A DNA stretch of 16,110 nt from an archaeon (lineage in GTDB: Archaea > Asgardarchaeota > Thorarchaeia > Thorarchaeales > Thorarchaeaceae): NCBI GenBank assembly GCA_024275415.1, contig JAJRZD010000107.1:1-16110 (forward strand), written 5' to 3'. The notes under the pieces are model-generated. The model did not search any database and was not told where the DNA came from. It worked only from the letters and a program-made list of their open reading frames with translations. Positions 1 to 8,874 of this stretch are shown piece after piece (within the stretch, counting starts at the first letter, position 1; each line of letters opens with the position of its first letter). The translations under genes were made by a program, and so were the position numbers.

Positions 1-980
1 AGTCAATTCTACACAGCTCCCACATATTGTGTAGTGTCGACTCGGGCCCCAATTTGAGGTAACGATATTGAACTGGAGTCGCACTGCAGCTATGACCTAT
101 GCGAATCGTATCATATCCACATATCAGTACTCACTCCAACCTTCTCGTTACGGCGATGACAAGTTCAAGAATGCATACAAGCCTATGAGGGACAGGTATC
201 AATTGAATTGATCTTTCAGGCTTAATCCTTCAATGTATATCTCCTAGTATGTCAAATCCAGTACGATATTGTTCCGATAACGACCTACGAGAAGACCCAG
301 TTCGCTGATGTATTGCCCAAGATACGAAGCGATAAGTCCATGCGTAGGATTCTCAAGAAGATTATCATTGGACCGATTGATGCTCTCAGTGATACAAGCA
401 CTCTTGCGAACCGTTTATTGTAAGTTGTACAACCCTAGACACCAGAGTGTTCTACTCCCCGAGAACGGCACTGGGTGGACTCTGTGAGGTGCTACGTGTG
501 TCATGGATGACCCCACTGAGTATGTCTCGTCAAAACTATACAAACACCCACAACAAGATGTCCATGATCGTCTAGGTCTTGTACAGATGTTGCCAACCCT
601 TACATCTGCTGTGAGAGATTTCGTGCTGCTTCAGAGGGGCACCGCAATTGATGTAGGTTTATGGGGAGATGCCATTTGCAATCTCTCCCTTAGTTGTCGG
701 AAGCATGGTATCATCGTTCCCTACTACCATCACAAAAGACCTACTATCCACTTGGCGTGCATTCTTGCATTAGCCTTTGGTTCGTTTGGAGTAGGTGCGG
801 ACTCCCACGGCATGCATCAACTTAGGCTCTTCGATGTGCTCGATTATCAGTTCACGAGATATAATAGTTTCATTCCAGAATCGACTCGGATGAGAAAGAT
901 CCGAAAATCGAGTTTGTTCAGGTTTGGTATCAATTTTGTAGTGATACTACCACAAAAAAGAACGTGAGAGGCCGTTTCAT
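1..980 (-). pseudogene. Probable decayed secreted-protein gene (family not recognised; left end uncertain)
   Basis: ATG at 980 directly preceded by GAGAGG and 21 nt after the stop of the upstream minus-strand gene. It encodes a signal-peptide-like MKRPLTFFFVVVSL, then hits TGA. Protein-like open stretches continue in shifting minus frames (IDTKPEQTRF...HIEEPKLMHAVG; SFVMVVGNDDTMLP; LLENPTHGLIASYLGQYISELG), broken by many stops. Confidence 0.4.
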
Positions 981-1001
981 CCTCTCACACAATTGTTCAA
1001 A

Positions 1002-1649
1002 CTAACCGGATACAATGATTTCAACCACATCTAAGTGGATTGGATTGTCGGCGCCAGCCTGACTCCATGCATTTGCTTCACCATCAAGGTAGATGTAGAG
1101 TTGAACTGCCACCCGATACCAGGTACCATCTTGCAAATCATAGTATAATGTGACACTATCTTCTCCGCTCTTGCTTACGATTCCATTGATGCTATTGTAT
1201 CCCCCAAAAAGAGGCGTGTTGATGCTGCGTGAGAAACCGGCATTACGTGATTCAAGGCCTGAATAGCTATCACTATAGAGAACGTATCTGACCTCAATCC
1301 TTGCTTCTCCTACAGGCCAGTTTGTTTCTAGCATATAGGTGATAACCCATGTAGCACTAACCTCAAAGGAGCTGGAATCCTCTGTGGCTCGAAATCGCAT
1401 GACGATTTCCATTTTGGCCACATCTGGCCCAAATGGTGCATTATGATCGCCCTTTACTGCAACAAAACCAGAGTCTTTGCTGTAGTCTTCATCATAGTAG
1501 CAAAGAGGCAAGCTACCTACGGTTCTTGCGTCGTCATAGCCCGTGTTGTCTGTTCTGAAAAACGAGAATGTTGCACTTGCATTTGTGGCTGATGTAAGTA
1601 CAATAATGACCACAAGACAGGACAGCACCCTCCCATGCTTCTTTTCCAA
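1002..1649 (-). CDS. Secreted hypothetical protein, beta-strand-rich mature region
   Basis: Long ORF (track start GTG 1673). Likely start is TTG 1649, 9 nt after GGAGGG. N-terminus has basic residues, a hydrophobic core and an A-S-A motif (KKHGRVLSCLVVIIVLTSATNASA), typical of a Sec signal peptide. Mature part has alternating hydrophobic/polar strand patterns. Confidence 0.8.
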   Translation of the reverse strand: MEKKHGRVLSCLVVIIVLTSATNASATFSFFRTDNTGYDDARTVGSLPLCYYDEDYSKDSGFVAVKGDHNAPFGPDVAKMEIVMRFRATEDSSSFEVSATWVITYMLETNWPVGEARIEVRYVLYSDSYSGLESRNAGFSRSINTPLFGGYNSINGIVSKSGEDSVTLYYDLQDGTWYRVAVQLYIYLDGEANAWSQAGADNPIHLDVVEIIVSG

Positions 1650-1702
1650 TATTTCTATCCCTCCATAAGTCACAAGGAGTGGCTGTCATTTGCTAAACTT
1701 GG

Positions 1703-1710
1703 TATTATAA
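1703..1710 (-). promoter_or_regulatory. Candidate archaeal TATA box for the 1649-1002 gene
   Basis: Minus strand reads AGAGG-TTATAATA (purine-rich segment then TATA) about 40 nt upstream of the GGAGGG SD. Confidence 0.4.
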
Positions 1711-1783
1711 CCTCTGAAACCATATGACTAAAATTACGACACATATATCCACCTGCTCACGGTACTGGCTGCACAATACAAGG

Positions 1784-2254
1784 TCATTTGTATTTTCTAT
1801 ATAGGAGTAGAATGCCCCCGAGAGTTTCTAAGAGTACAAATAGCAGGAAGGGAGTGAAATAAGGTGTCGCGTGTGTAAGATATAGGTCATAACGCATATT
1901 GAATGATGGGTCAGATATGCTTGACGTAATAATGACACCGTACCATCCGGGCTCAGGTAAAGATAGCACGCCCGAAAATTGCTGGATGTTCTCCCAGGAG
2001 AACAAAGGTTCAGTGTTCTCCAGTGAGCCGTCAGTGAGGAAGATGAGAGTATCGTTATAATCAAGGATATACAAAGAGAAGTTCCTATTCTCAGCCCCTG
2101 ACACATCCACATAGAGGTTGTTAGTCACCTTCACTACAAAGCAATGATACCTGTCCCCAGAAACAAGGTTTCCATGTGATGAAGAAGGGGCTGGAACATA
2201 GGATGCTATCAGGAACGCGAGTCCCAGAATGATGAGAAATTTCGCAATCCGCAT
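1784..2254 (-). CDS. Small membrane protein with N- and C-terminal hydrophobic helices; probable ABC accessory protein
   Basis: 156-aa ORF with AGGAGG SD. Hydrophobic at both ends (FLIILGLAFLIASYV; PFLLFVLLETLGGILLLY followed by RKYK) around a beta-rich loop. Starts 16 nt after the permease stop. Confidence 0.8.
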   Translation of the reverse strand: MRIAKFLIILGLAFLIASYVPAPSSSHGNLVSGDRYHCFVVKVTNNLYVDVSGAENRNFSLYILDYNDTLIFLTDGSLENTEPLFSWENIQQFSGVLSLPEPGWYGVIITSSISDPSFNMRYDLYLTHATPYFTPFLLFVLLETLGGILLLYRKYK

Positions 2255-2270
2255 ATTGACACGACCTCCT

Positions 2271-3080
2271 TTATACTTCCATTCTATCGAAACTGACCAT
2301 GCTGACGATCAAGAGCAGCACACCAATTGCAAAGGCAATGAACATCCCCACTGGGATGGAATATAGGATCTCCCCTGATTGGATACTTGATAGGTATGTG
2401 TTTATGGCATAACCAGGGTTCATGATGGCAATGAGCATGTCTGGCATATCCTTGAAGAGAAACGGGCTGAGGACTCTCCCGACTGATACTGCGATGCCCC
2501 CGAACAACGATGCAGAGAGACTTCTGGAGTGTATGGCAATGAGAGCCGTTATTGAGGACACTATCATTGCCGGGATCCATAGCACCGCAGTGCCCATTAG
2601 CACAATATCCATATGGACAGGGCCTGGCTCGAAAGTGCGGATTGCCACCAGAACGGAAACGCTAGATATCCCACAGGTCGTCGCTAGGACTAGAAGCTCC
2701 TTAGACATGAACAGCTGGCGTCTACTGATTGGATACGAAAGTAGAGTCTTGAATGCACCAGCATCCATATCTCGCCCGAAACTGAGAGCGGTGAGCACTG
2801 GGACAAAAAAAGCGAGAATAACCATCATATTGTCATACACCCGTCCTGCGAGTACTGAAGCACCCATCTCAATCCACTTGGGCAATAGGTCTAAGAGTGA
2901 CTGCCCAGGTATTGGGTATTCTATTGGAATCTCTCCATACATAAAGAAACCCGCTTTTGTTGCGTAATAGAAGGACATTATGACAAGCAGGGACACGATG
3001 GTTTCCAAGAGAGGGAATGAGTAGTGAGTGTCAATCTCAAGTTCCATGATTGCCTTGAGTTTCTTCAGTCTAGGATACAC
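2271..3080 (-). CDS. ABC-2 type transporter permease
   Basis: 269 aa with about 6 hydrophobic segments and the motif FGRDMDAGAFKTLLSYPISRRQLFMSK typical of ABC-2 permeases. GTG start with GGAGGT SD overlaps the ATPase stop by 11 nt. Confidence 0.9.
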   Translation of the reverse strand: MYPRLKKLKAIMELEIDTHYSFPLLETIVSLLVIMSFYYATKAGFFMYGEIPIEYPIPGQSLLDLLPKWIEMGASVLAGRVYDNMMVILAFFVPVLTALSFGRDMDAGAFKTLLSYPISRRQLFMSKELLVLATTCGISSVSVLVAIRTFEPGPVHMDIVLMGTAVLWIPAMIVSSITALIAIHSRSLSASLFGGIAVSVGRVLSPFLFKDMPDMLIAIMNPGYAINTYLSSIQSGEILYSIPVGMFIAFAIGVLLLIVSMVSFDRMEV

Positions 3081-4032
3081 CTGTCATGACCTCCATATAT
3101 GTGTCTTCTAATGTACTTGCTCCAAGAATGCTATACACTTGAATACCGGCGTGTTCTGCTGTATCTTTGATTCTGCGTTCAAGATCCACAAGACTGTTTG
3201 AGCTTACAACCACCGTTAGAGTGCTTATCCCCGTGATACGAATCCGTCCCACACCTTCAACCCCTTCTAACAGGGGTGCAAGCTGTTGTGGGTTATCAGT
3301 TGTTATTCGAAAACGTCCCTTGGAAAAACGGTCTATTAACTCCAAGGTTCCACCCTGCATCACGATTGTCCCATTACGGATGAACGCCACGTTATCACAG
3401 ATGCGTTCCAGTTCTGATAGGACATGAGAGGCGACGATGAAGGAAATGCCGAACTCGTCATGCAACTGCATTATTAGTTGGATTATCTCATATCTGCCAA
3501 CCACATCGAGATTGCTTGTGGGTTCATCAAGGATGACAAGCTCCGGGTTCCCCACCAATGCTTGAGCTATGCCGAGGCGTTGGGTCATCCCTGCGGATAG
3601 ATTCCCAATCCGCCTATCTGCAGCCTCTGACAATCCCACCAGTTCAAGGAGGGCATCGGGGCTCTTACCATCTCCATATATATCATGAATCCTTTGCAGA
3701 AATCGCAGAGGTGCACTCCCTTTGGGATATGTGGGGCGTTCATGCAATACCCCTAACCTCTCTCTTATTCGCAATGAGTCCTTTTCGATATCAAGCCCCA
3801 AGACCTCAATTGTCCCGGAACTCGGTCGGATTAGACCAAGGATCAGTCGGATGAGAGTGGTCTTTCCTGCTCCATTTGGCCCGATCAATCCAAAAATGCC
3901 TGGTTCAATGTCCAATGACAATTCATTGAGAACTCTCAGGTCATTGAAACTCTTTTCTATCTTCCTGATGCTTACGATATAGTCACCCACGAAACCCATC
4001 TCCTTTGTATAGCTTTCTTTCATATCCTCCAA
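3070..4032 (-). CDS. ABC transporter ATP-binding protein (ABC-2/DrrA-like)
   Basis: Walker A GPNGAGKTT, signature LSAGMTQRLGIA, Walker B LVILDEPT, H-loop ASHVLSE, plus a C-terminal extension. True start may be GTG 3990 (AAGGAG 9 nt upstream). Confidence 0.95.
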   Translation of the reverse strand: MEDMKESYTKEMGFVGDYIVSIRKIEKSFNDLRVLNELSLDIEPGIFGLIGPNGAGKTTLIRLILGLIRPSSGTIEVLGLDIEKDSLRIRERLGVLHERPTYPKGSAPLRFLQRIHDIYGDGKSPDALLELVGLSEAADRRIGNLSAGMTQRLGIAQALVGNPELVILDEPTSNLDVVGRYEIIQLIMQLHDEFGISFIVASHVLSELERICDNVAFIRNGTIVMQGGTLELIDRFSKGRFRITTDNPQQLAPLLEGVEGVGRIRITGISTLTVVVSSNSLVDLERRIKDTAEHAGIQVYSILGASTLEDTYMEVMTGVS

Positions 4033-4042
4033 ATCAATCAGT

Positions 4043-4080
4043 CAACTGTATAATACAATCGAGGATGCATATTATAGTTG
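4043..4080. promoter_or_regulatory. Imperfect inverted repeat / TATA-like elements upstream of the ABC operon
   Basis: CAACTgTATAATA (4043-4055), 14-nt spacer, TATTATAGTTG (4070-4080). The 7-bp cores TATAATA/TATTATA are exactly complementary. Confidence 0.35.
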
Positions 4081-4145
4081 CTCACCCTTTAGCGTTTCTA
4101 CAGGTCGTCATCTTTTCTAATCACCTCTACAAAAACAAGTGCTTT

Positions 4146-5088
4146 CTACGAGCATCCCTCCCCTGCAATCGGTTCAAATTGCCCTAGAAACGCATTTTTG
4201 TGCTCTAGGAATATTGCTCCGATGCTTTGAAAAAACCAGTACTTCAGAATAACTTGTGGTCTTACCATTTCAACCTCATCAAGGACTCTAATTTGCTTTC
4301 CGATATCAGGTACGCTTTTCAAGGATCCACAAATACCATGCAGGTATGTCAGAGGCTGATGTGCTATATTCTCAACCAAGTAAATAATTCCACGGTCATA
4401 AGATGATAGAGTAATTGTTTCTCTTTCCCAGCCTTTCACACAATTGCTTGACCTGACCTCATACAATGCGCCAATTTCCTCAGAGTTGTTAGGATGAATC
4501 CTTATTGTGAACTTAATATCATTGTTCGCCACTAGCTTCTCGACAATTCTCTGAGCGGTTCTTACTCGGATTCGAATCACATTAGCTATTGACCTTGCGG
4601 ACGCTCGGGGTGTATGTGAAAGGATTCGTAGAACTTGTATCCCTTTTTTTTTCAACTGCTTTTGTTGGTTTCTGGAATGAACTAGTTCGTAAATACGGAA
4701 ATCATCGACTCCAGATGCACTTTCGATCTCAGAATGAAGCAGGTTCATGTTAGCCTCACCTGATGCGAGAGCATTGATATGATATTTACCATCGGAAATC
4801 ATCCACATTTCAGACAAACGAAGATTTTTCAAGGTGCCCAATAAAGAGAAAACTTCCCTCTCACTAGCCTCTACAATCATTTTGATTGGGATGCAACCAT
4901 AATATTTAGGATTGACTCCAAGCGCGAAAGAAAAACTTTTTTTTTGCCAAAAGCTTCCTAATGCGTTTCTGAATTGATACGATCGAGAGGTTTAGTTTAT
5001 TCGCAATCACGCTGTAGCTTGTTCTACAATTCTGCATTAGAATCATCAGGATATTGTAGTCTATCATATCCAATGCTTTTTCCCTCAT
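4146..5088 (-). pseudogene. Tandem (double-HTH) Lrp/AsnC-family regulator, split by a 1-nt frameshift in an A9 tract
   Basis: 5' part: LDMIDYNILMILMQNCRTSYSVIANKLNLSIVSIQKRIRKL (Lrp HTH). 3' part has a second HTH (IQVLRILSHTPRASARSIANVIRIRVRTAQRIVEKL). Removing one base from the T9 run at 4937-4945 joins them via AKKSFSFALGVNPKYYGCIPIKMIVEAS into a 313-aa protein. Confidence 0.85.
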
Positions 5089-5318
5089 ACGAATTCTATC
5101 GGCAGTGCTTTTCACATGACATCTAGCATAAAGATGGGTACCCCTTAGACAATGATGTTCCTAACTCCATCTTGTTGCCCTGAAGAAACCCTCTAGAGCA
5201 TCCCGCATCCTCACACAGAATTTGTGGCGTACCACTCGGATATTAGCAAGGCTAGATCCGCCAATATCTGAAATGCAGTTGAATGTTTTTCAACCATGCC
5301 CAGATAGTCACTGGCTCT

Positions 5319-6282
5319 TGATACCAATCCTCTCCTCTTCTTTTTCTATCAAACCAAGAGCGGAAAGATGCATCAATCGGTCTCATGAGGCAAGCTGCCC
5401 GTCTGTGCGAAACAAGCCCCCAACCTCACAATAGTTTGGGCACTTTCCTGAATGCTATGGGACGGAAAGACGATGCCCTGCTTGCTTTTCGCGAGGCCAT
5501 AAACAGGGATCCCGATGATATATCATCGTGGCATGCGATAGTGACCATATTCAAAGAGACTGGCAGACATGATGAGGAAGAGGAGGGCTATGCCAACCTA
5601 CTACGATTACAACCAAGCTACTATTGGTGGGATTAGTATGGTGACTTCCTCCTTTCACAAGGACGGGATAGTGACTCCGAGAAGGCATTCAGACAGGCAT
5701 TACAATACAACCCGAGGTGCTACCACTCTTGGGTTCGACTGGGGTTAGCCCTTTTCAGAAAGGGCAGATATGATGAAGCACTGGAGGCATATAATACTGC
5801 TACCGGTATCGAGCCACTGACCGAATATGCATATCTCGAACTCGGCAATCTCCTCGAGGATCAAGGACTTATCGATGGCTCTTTCAGGGAGAGGATCGCC
5901 ACTGTTCACCTCTTGTCAAGATGAGGAATTGATTTTCATCTCGTATGAAGGCTTTTTGGAAGAGGTCGAGTTGAGATTTCGTGAACAGGTGAAAAAGAAT
6001 CCGAACTCCGTATACCATCTACGTAACCTTGGGAAATGTCTGCTTGCTCAGAGCAAGTATGCTGAGGCAGAAGCGGTGTTCAGACAGCTCGTGGAGAGAG
6101 AACCTGGTTCATTCGATGACTGGGTGCGCTTCGGGACTGTGTTGGCCAAGCAGGATAAGATACGTGAAGGGATTGCTGCCTATACGAAAGCGATAGATGT
6201 GGATCCTCATAATCCCCATGTCAGCATGATGATCGCCCCGATGATACAAGGCGCCTCTATGTCCAGTGACTTCGAGATATGA
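5319..6282 (+). pseudogene. Tetratricopeptide-repeat protein, disrupted
   Basis: About 9 TPR units. In-frame TGA at 5319-5321 and in-frame TAG at 5634-5636; the same frame then resumes (YGDFLLSQGRDSDSEKAFRQALQYNP...) to TGA 5922-5924. A +1 shift leads into EGFLEEVELRFREQVKKNPNS...AYTKAIDVDP. Confidence 0.85.
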
Positions 6283-6431
6283 CCAAGTGACGATTTCACT
6301 CCAAAGGTACCACGATTACTCATCACATGAGAACAGTAGCACATCAACCATAGGTCTCAGCCTGCACTCTAAGAACCTATAAGTCCACGATACTATAGAC
6401 GAGCATCATGTGACAAGAAACGGGTGAGTTT

Positions 6432-7706
6432 GTGCCGATAAACCTAGACTTCGACCAAGATGCAGCATACAAGACCTTGCAGGATTTGTGCAAGATAGGT
6501 CCAAGAGTAAGCGGGTCGGAAGCAGAGATTCGCGCTGTCCTATTGATAGAGGAACGGTTCCGGAGCGTGGGTCTCTCAACAATCCAGATTCTGGGACATG
6601 AGCATCAGTTCTATGAGGCTTACAAGGCGACCTTTGGACTTCCTGACAACAGTATCATTATTGAGGGTGTCCCCTGTTGGCTGAGCGCATCGACACCACA
6701 GACGGGGATCGAGTCTGAAACCGTTTACATCGGCTCGCACGAGACCGTTCCCAACCTTGAGGAGAACGATATCAAGAACAAGATAGTGATTGCGCTTTAT
6801 GCCAATTGGAAGAAGGAAGTCATCGCATTATGGAAAAGACTCTATGCCATGAACCCTGATGGTGTTGTATTCCTTGACATGGAACGGGACAAGGCGCCTC
6901 AAGCTTTTGTCAGCAAGGATCTCATCCCGTCATTCTCTAGGATACCTTCACTTGTGGTATCTGCGCTACAGGCCAGACAGGTACAAGACTATATGTTTGG
7001 CGCACCGATGAAGATAGTTGTGGAGGGCACGAAACGCGATGGCAACATACAAAGTATCCAGTGCAAGCTGGAAGGGAAAAGTACTCAATCCGTACTCCTG
7101 TGCGCTCACCATGACACACATTCATTCACCCGCGGCGCCACCGATAATGCAGCAGGCGTCGCAATCATGCTAGAGCTCGCAAGGGTTCTTGCTCAGCGAA
7201 AGACCCACCTGTGCTATCATTTTGTTTCCTTTGGCGGTGAGGAACTTGGAATGAAAGGCTCATGGGCATACTCTTCGCAGGTAGACCTGACTGACGTTAG
7301 GCTATGCATCAATTTTGACAGTATCGGTGAATTACCGGGGATGCTGCTTGCTCTGAGTGCAGGGAACGATATGATGATCAATTGGGTTTCGGAGATTGCG
7401 GAGAAGAACAGGTATCCTGCCTATTGCAGGCGAACCGCAACATCTGGGGGTGACAACATAGTCTTCGCAGCGAACGGGATTCCCACTATACATCTTGCCA
7501 GCCACGGGATCACGACAGGGAAGGTCAGTCATAGCGCAATTGATGAGCCCTCTTTGCTCACACCGTTCACATTGGGCGAGCTGGGGAGATTTGCCTACTC
7601 TATCATAGAAAGCTTGGAAATCAGAAAGGAGATACCTTTTGAGAGAGAGATGCCCTCCGACTTGCTACAGGCCGCAAAGCAGCGGATTGTCGATTCCCTC
7701 TCCTGA
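6432..7706 (+). CDS. M28-family zinc (amino)peptidase with PA-like insertion
   Basis: Ligand and catalytic motifs are intact: LCAHHDT, GATDNAAG, GGEELG, NFDSIG, SHSAID. GTG start with GGGTGA SD. No signal peptide evident. Confidence 0.93.
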   Translation: MPINLDFDQDAAYKTLQDLCKIGPRVSGSEAEIRAVLLIEERFRSVGLSTIQILGHEHQFYEAYKATFGLPDNSIIIEGVPCWLSASTPQTGIESETVYIGSHETVPNLEENDIKNKIVIALYANWKKEVIALWKRLYAMNPDGVVFLDMERDKAPQAFVSKDLIPSFSRIPSLVVSALQARQVQDYMFGAPMKIVVEGTKRDGNIQSIQCKLEGKSTQSVLLCAHHDTHSFTRGATDNAAGVAIMLELARVLAQRKTHLCYHFVSFGGEELGMKGSWAYSSQVDLTDVRLCINFDSIGELPGMLLALSAGNDMMINWVSEIAEKNRYPAYCRRTATSGGDNIVFAANGIPTIHLASHGITTGKVSHSAIDEPSLLTPFTLGELGRFAYSIIESLEIRKEIPFEREMPSDLLQAAKQRIVDSLS

Positions 7707-7742
7707 ATATCTCTAGTGCGTTCTATCATACTGGCTGACACA

Positions 7743-8816
7743 TCAGAGAAACTGAGACACTGTTCGCCAGACTCTGTTGAGAACTCTCTTGTTCTTCTTT
7801 ACTACGTCCTCGTCCTCAATATGTTTGGTCTGATCCTCTAGAGTTGGAAGAGGATCCCCTTTCAGCCCTTCAATCGTACTTCTCACACATGGACCAAGGA
7901 CCAGTGGATTGTATCCACCTTCAAGCACCCAGAATGAACCTTTAATGCCAAGTGATTCTACTAGATTACGGATGGTATGTGCGATGAACCAGTAGGTTCG
8001 GGAGTCCAATGCCATGTCCCCGATAGGGTCTGTGTAGTGGCCATCATACCCTGCTGATACTGCTATCATATCAGGTTGGAAGCTCTCTATTGCTGGTGCT
8101 ACTATCTTTGTCATGGCTGCCCTGTAAGAGGAATCCGGGGCACCCTCATACAATGGGATGTTGATGTTCGTTCCTTCTCCCTTATTGCGTCCGGTTTCTC
8201 TATAATGTCCAAGACCGAAGCTCACGTAGTCGTATTCGTGTATCGAGATGAACTGGACTTTTGGGTCGGTGTAGAACACCTCAGCGGTTCCATTTCCAAA
8301 ATGATCGTCAATGTCTAGGATGGTCACCCTGTCAACATTGTCTTCCTGTAGGATGGTTCTAGCCGCGATTGCCACATTGTTGAAGAAGCACAGGCCCATA
8401 GTGGCGGATGAGGTCGCGTGGTGTCCCGGAGGTCTGATAAGCGCAAAAGTATGTTCCGTCGAACCAGAGAGTACCAGATCTGCTGCCAGAAGGGCACCTC
8501 CAAGTGCATAGAGGGTGGTCGAGAGCAAGCTTTCGCTGGCATAGGCAGACTCTCCGAGCTGACCACTACCCAGCTCCGACATCAATTCGACTGAGTGAAC
8601 CAGATATGGGGAGTGCACGATCAGAGCCTCATCACATGTCGCTCGAGGAGTCTTCAACGTCAGGATATCTGCCAGTGCATTGTTCTCTTCGAGGTATTGT
8701 AGAGTAATCCTGAGCCTATCTGGGTTCTCGAAACCTTCCATATGCGGCTTGGGGAATGGTGCCACATGTTGGTCAAGGCCTGTCTGCTCGATGAGAGTAA
8801 TAGACCCTGAAGTCAT
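7743..8816 (-). CDS. Histone deacetylase-superfamily amidohydrolase, class II-like
   Basis: RPPGHHA, GLCFFNNVA, LDIDDHFGNGT, SIHEY, NINIPL, SAGYDGH, LEGGY. Likely start is ATG 8816 (357 aa); the track's 49-aa extension does not look like part of the family. Confidence 0.95.
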   Translation of the reverse strand: MTSGSITLIEQTGLDQHVAPFPKPHMEGFENPDRLRITLQYLEENNALADILTLKTPRATCDEALIVHSPYLVHSVELMSELGSGQLGESAYASESLLSTTLYALGGALLAADLVLSGSTEHTFALIRPPGHHATSSATMGLCFFNNVAIAARTILQEDNVDRVTILDIDDHFGNGTAEVFYTDPKVQFISIHEYDYVSFGLGHYRETGRNKGEGTNINIPLYEGAPDSSYRAAMTKIVAPAIESFQPDMIAVSAGYDGHYTDPIGDMALDSRTYWFIAHTIRNLVESLGIKGSFWVLEGGYNPLVLGPCVRSTIEGLKGDPLPTLEDQTKHIEDEDVVKKNKRVLNRVWRTVSQFL

Positions 8817-8874
8817 TGTGTTTACCTTCCAAGGTAACCTGCGATTCCCCTTATACTCTTTCAGCGGATGGATA

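Noticed and set aside
9-34. 7-bp inverted repeat CTACACA/TGTGTAG
   Set aside because: Chance-level length and no supporting context.
560-760. Resemblance of VMVVGNDDTMLP and DLDDHGHLVVGV to peptidase C25
   Set aside because: Short fragments in different frames with no convincing catalytic motifs.
503-967. 154-aa plus-strand ORF
   Set aside because: No motif or SD, and it is the exact antisense frame of part of the minus-strand remnant; likely a shadow ORF.
5634-5636. In-frame TAG in the TPR gene as pyrrolysine or readthrough recoding
   Set aside because: The same gene has an in-frame TGA, a frameshift and short deletions; no other gene here has an internal TAG and no pyl genes are in view.
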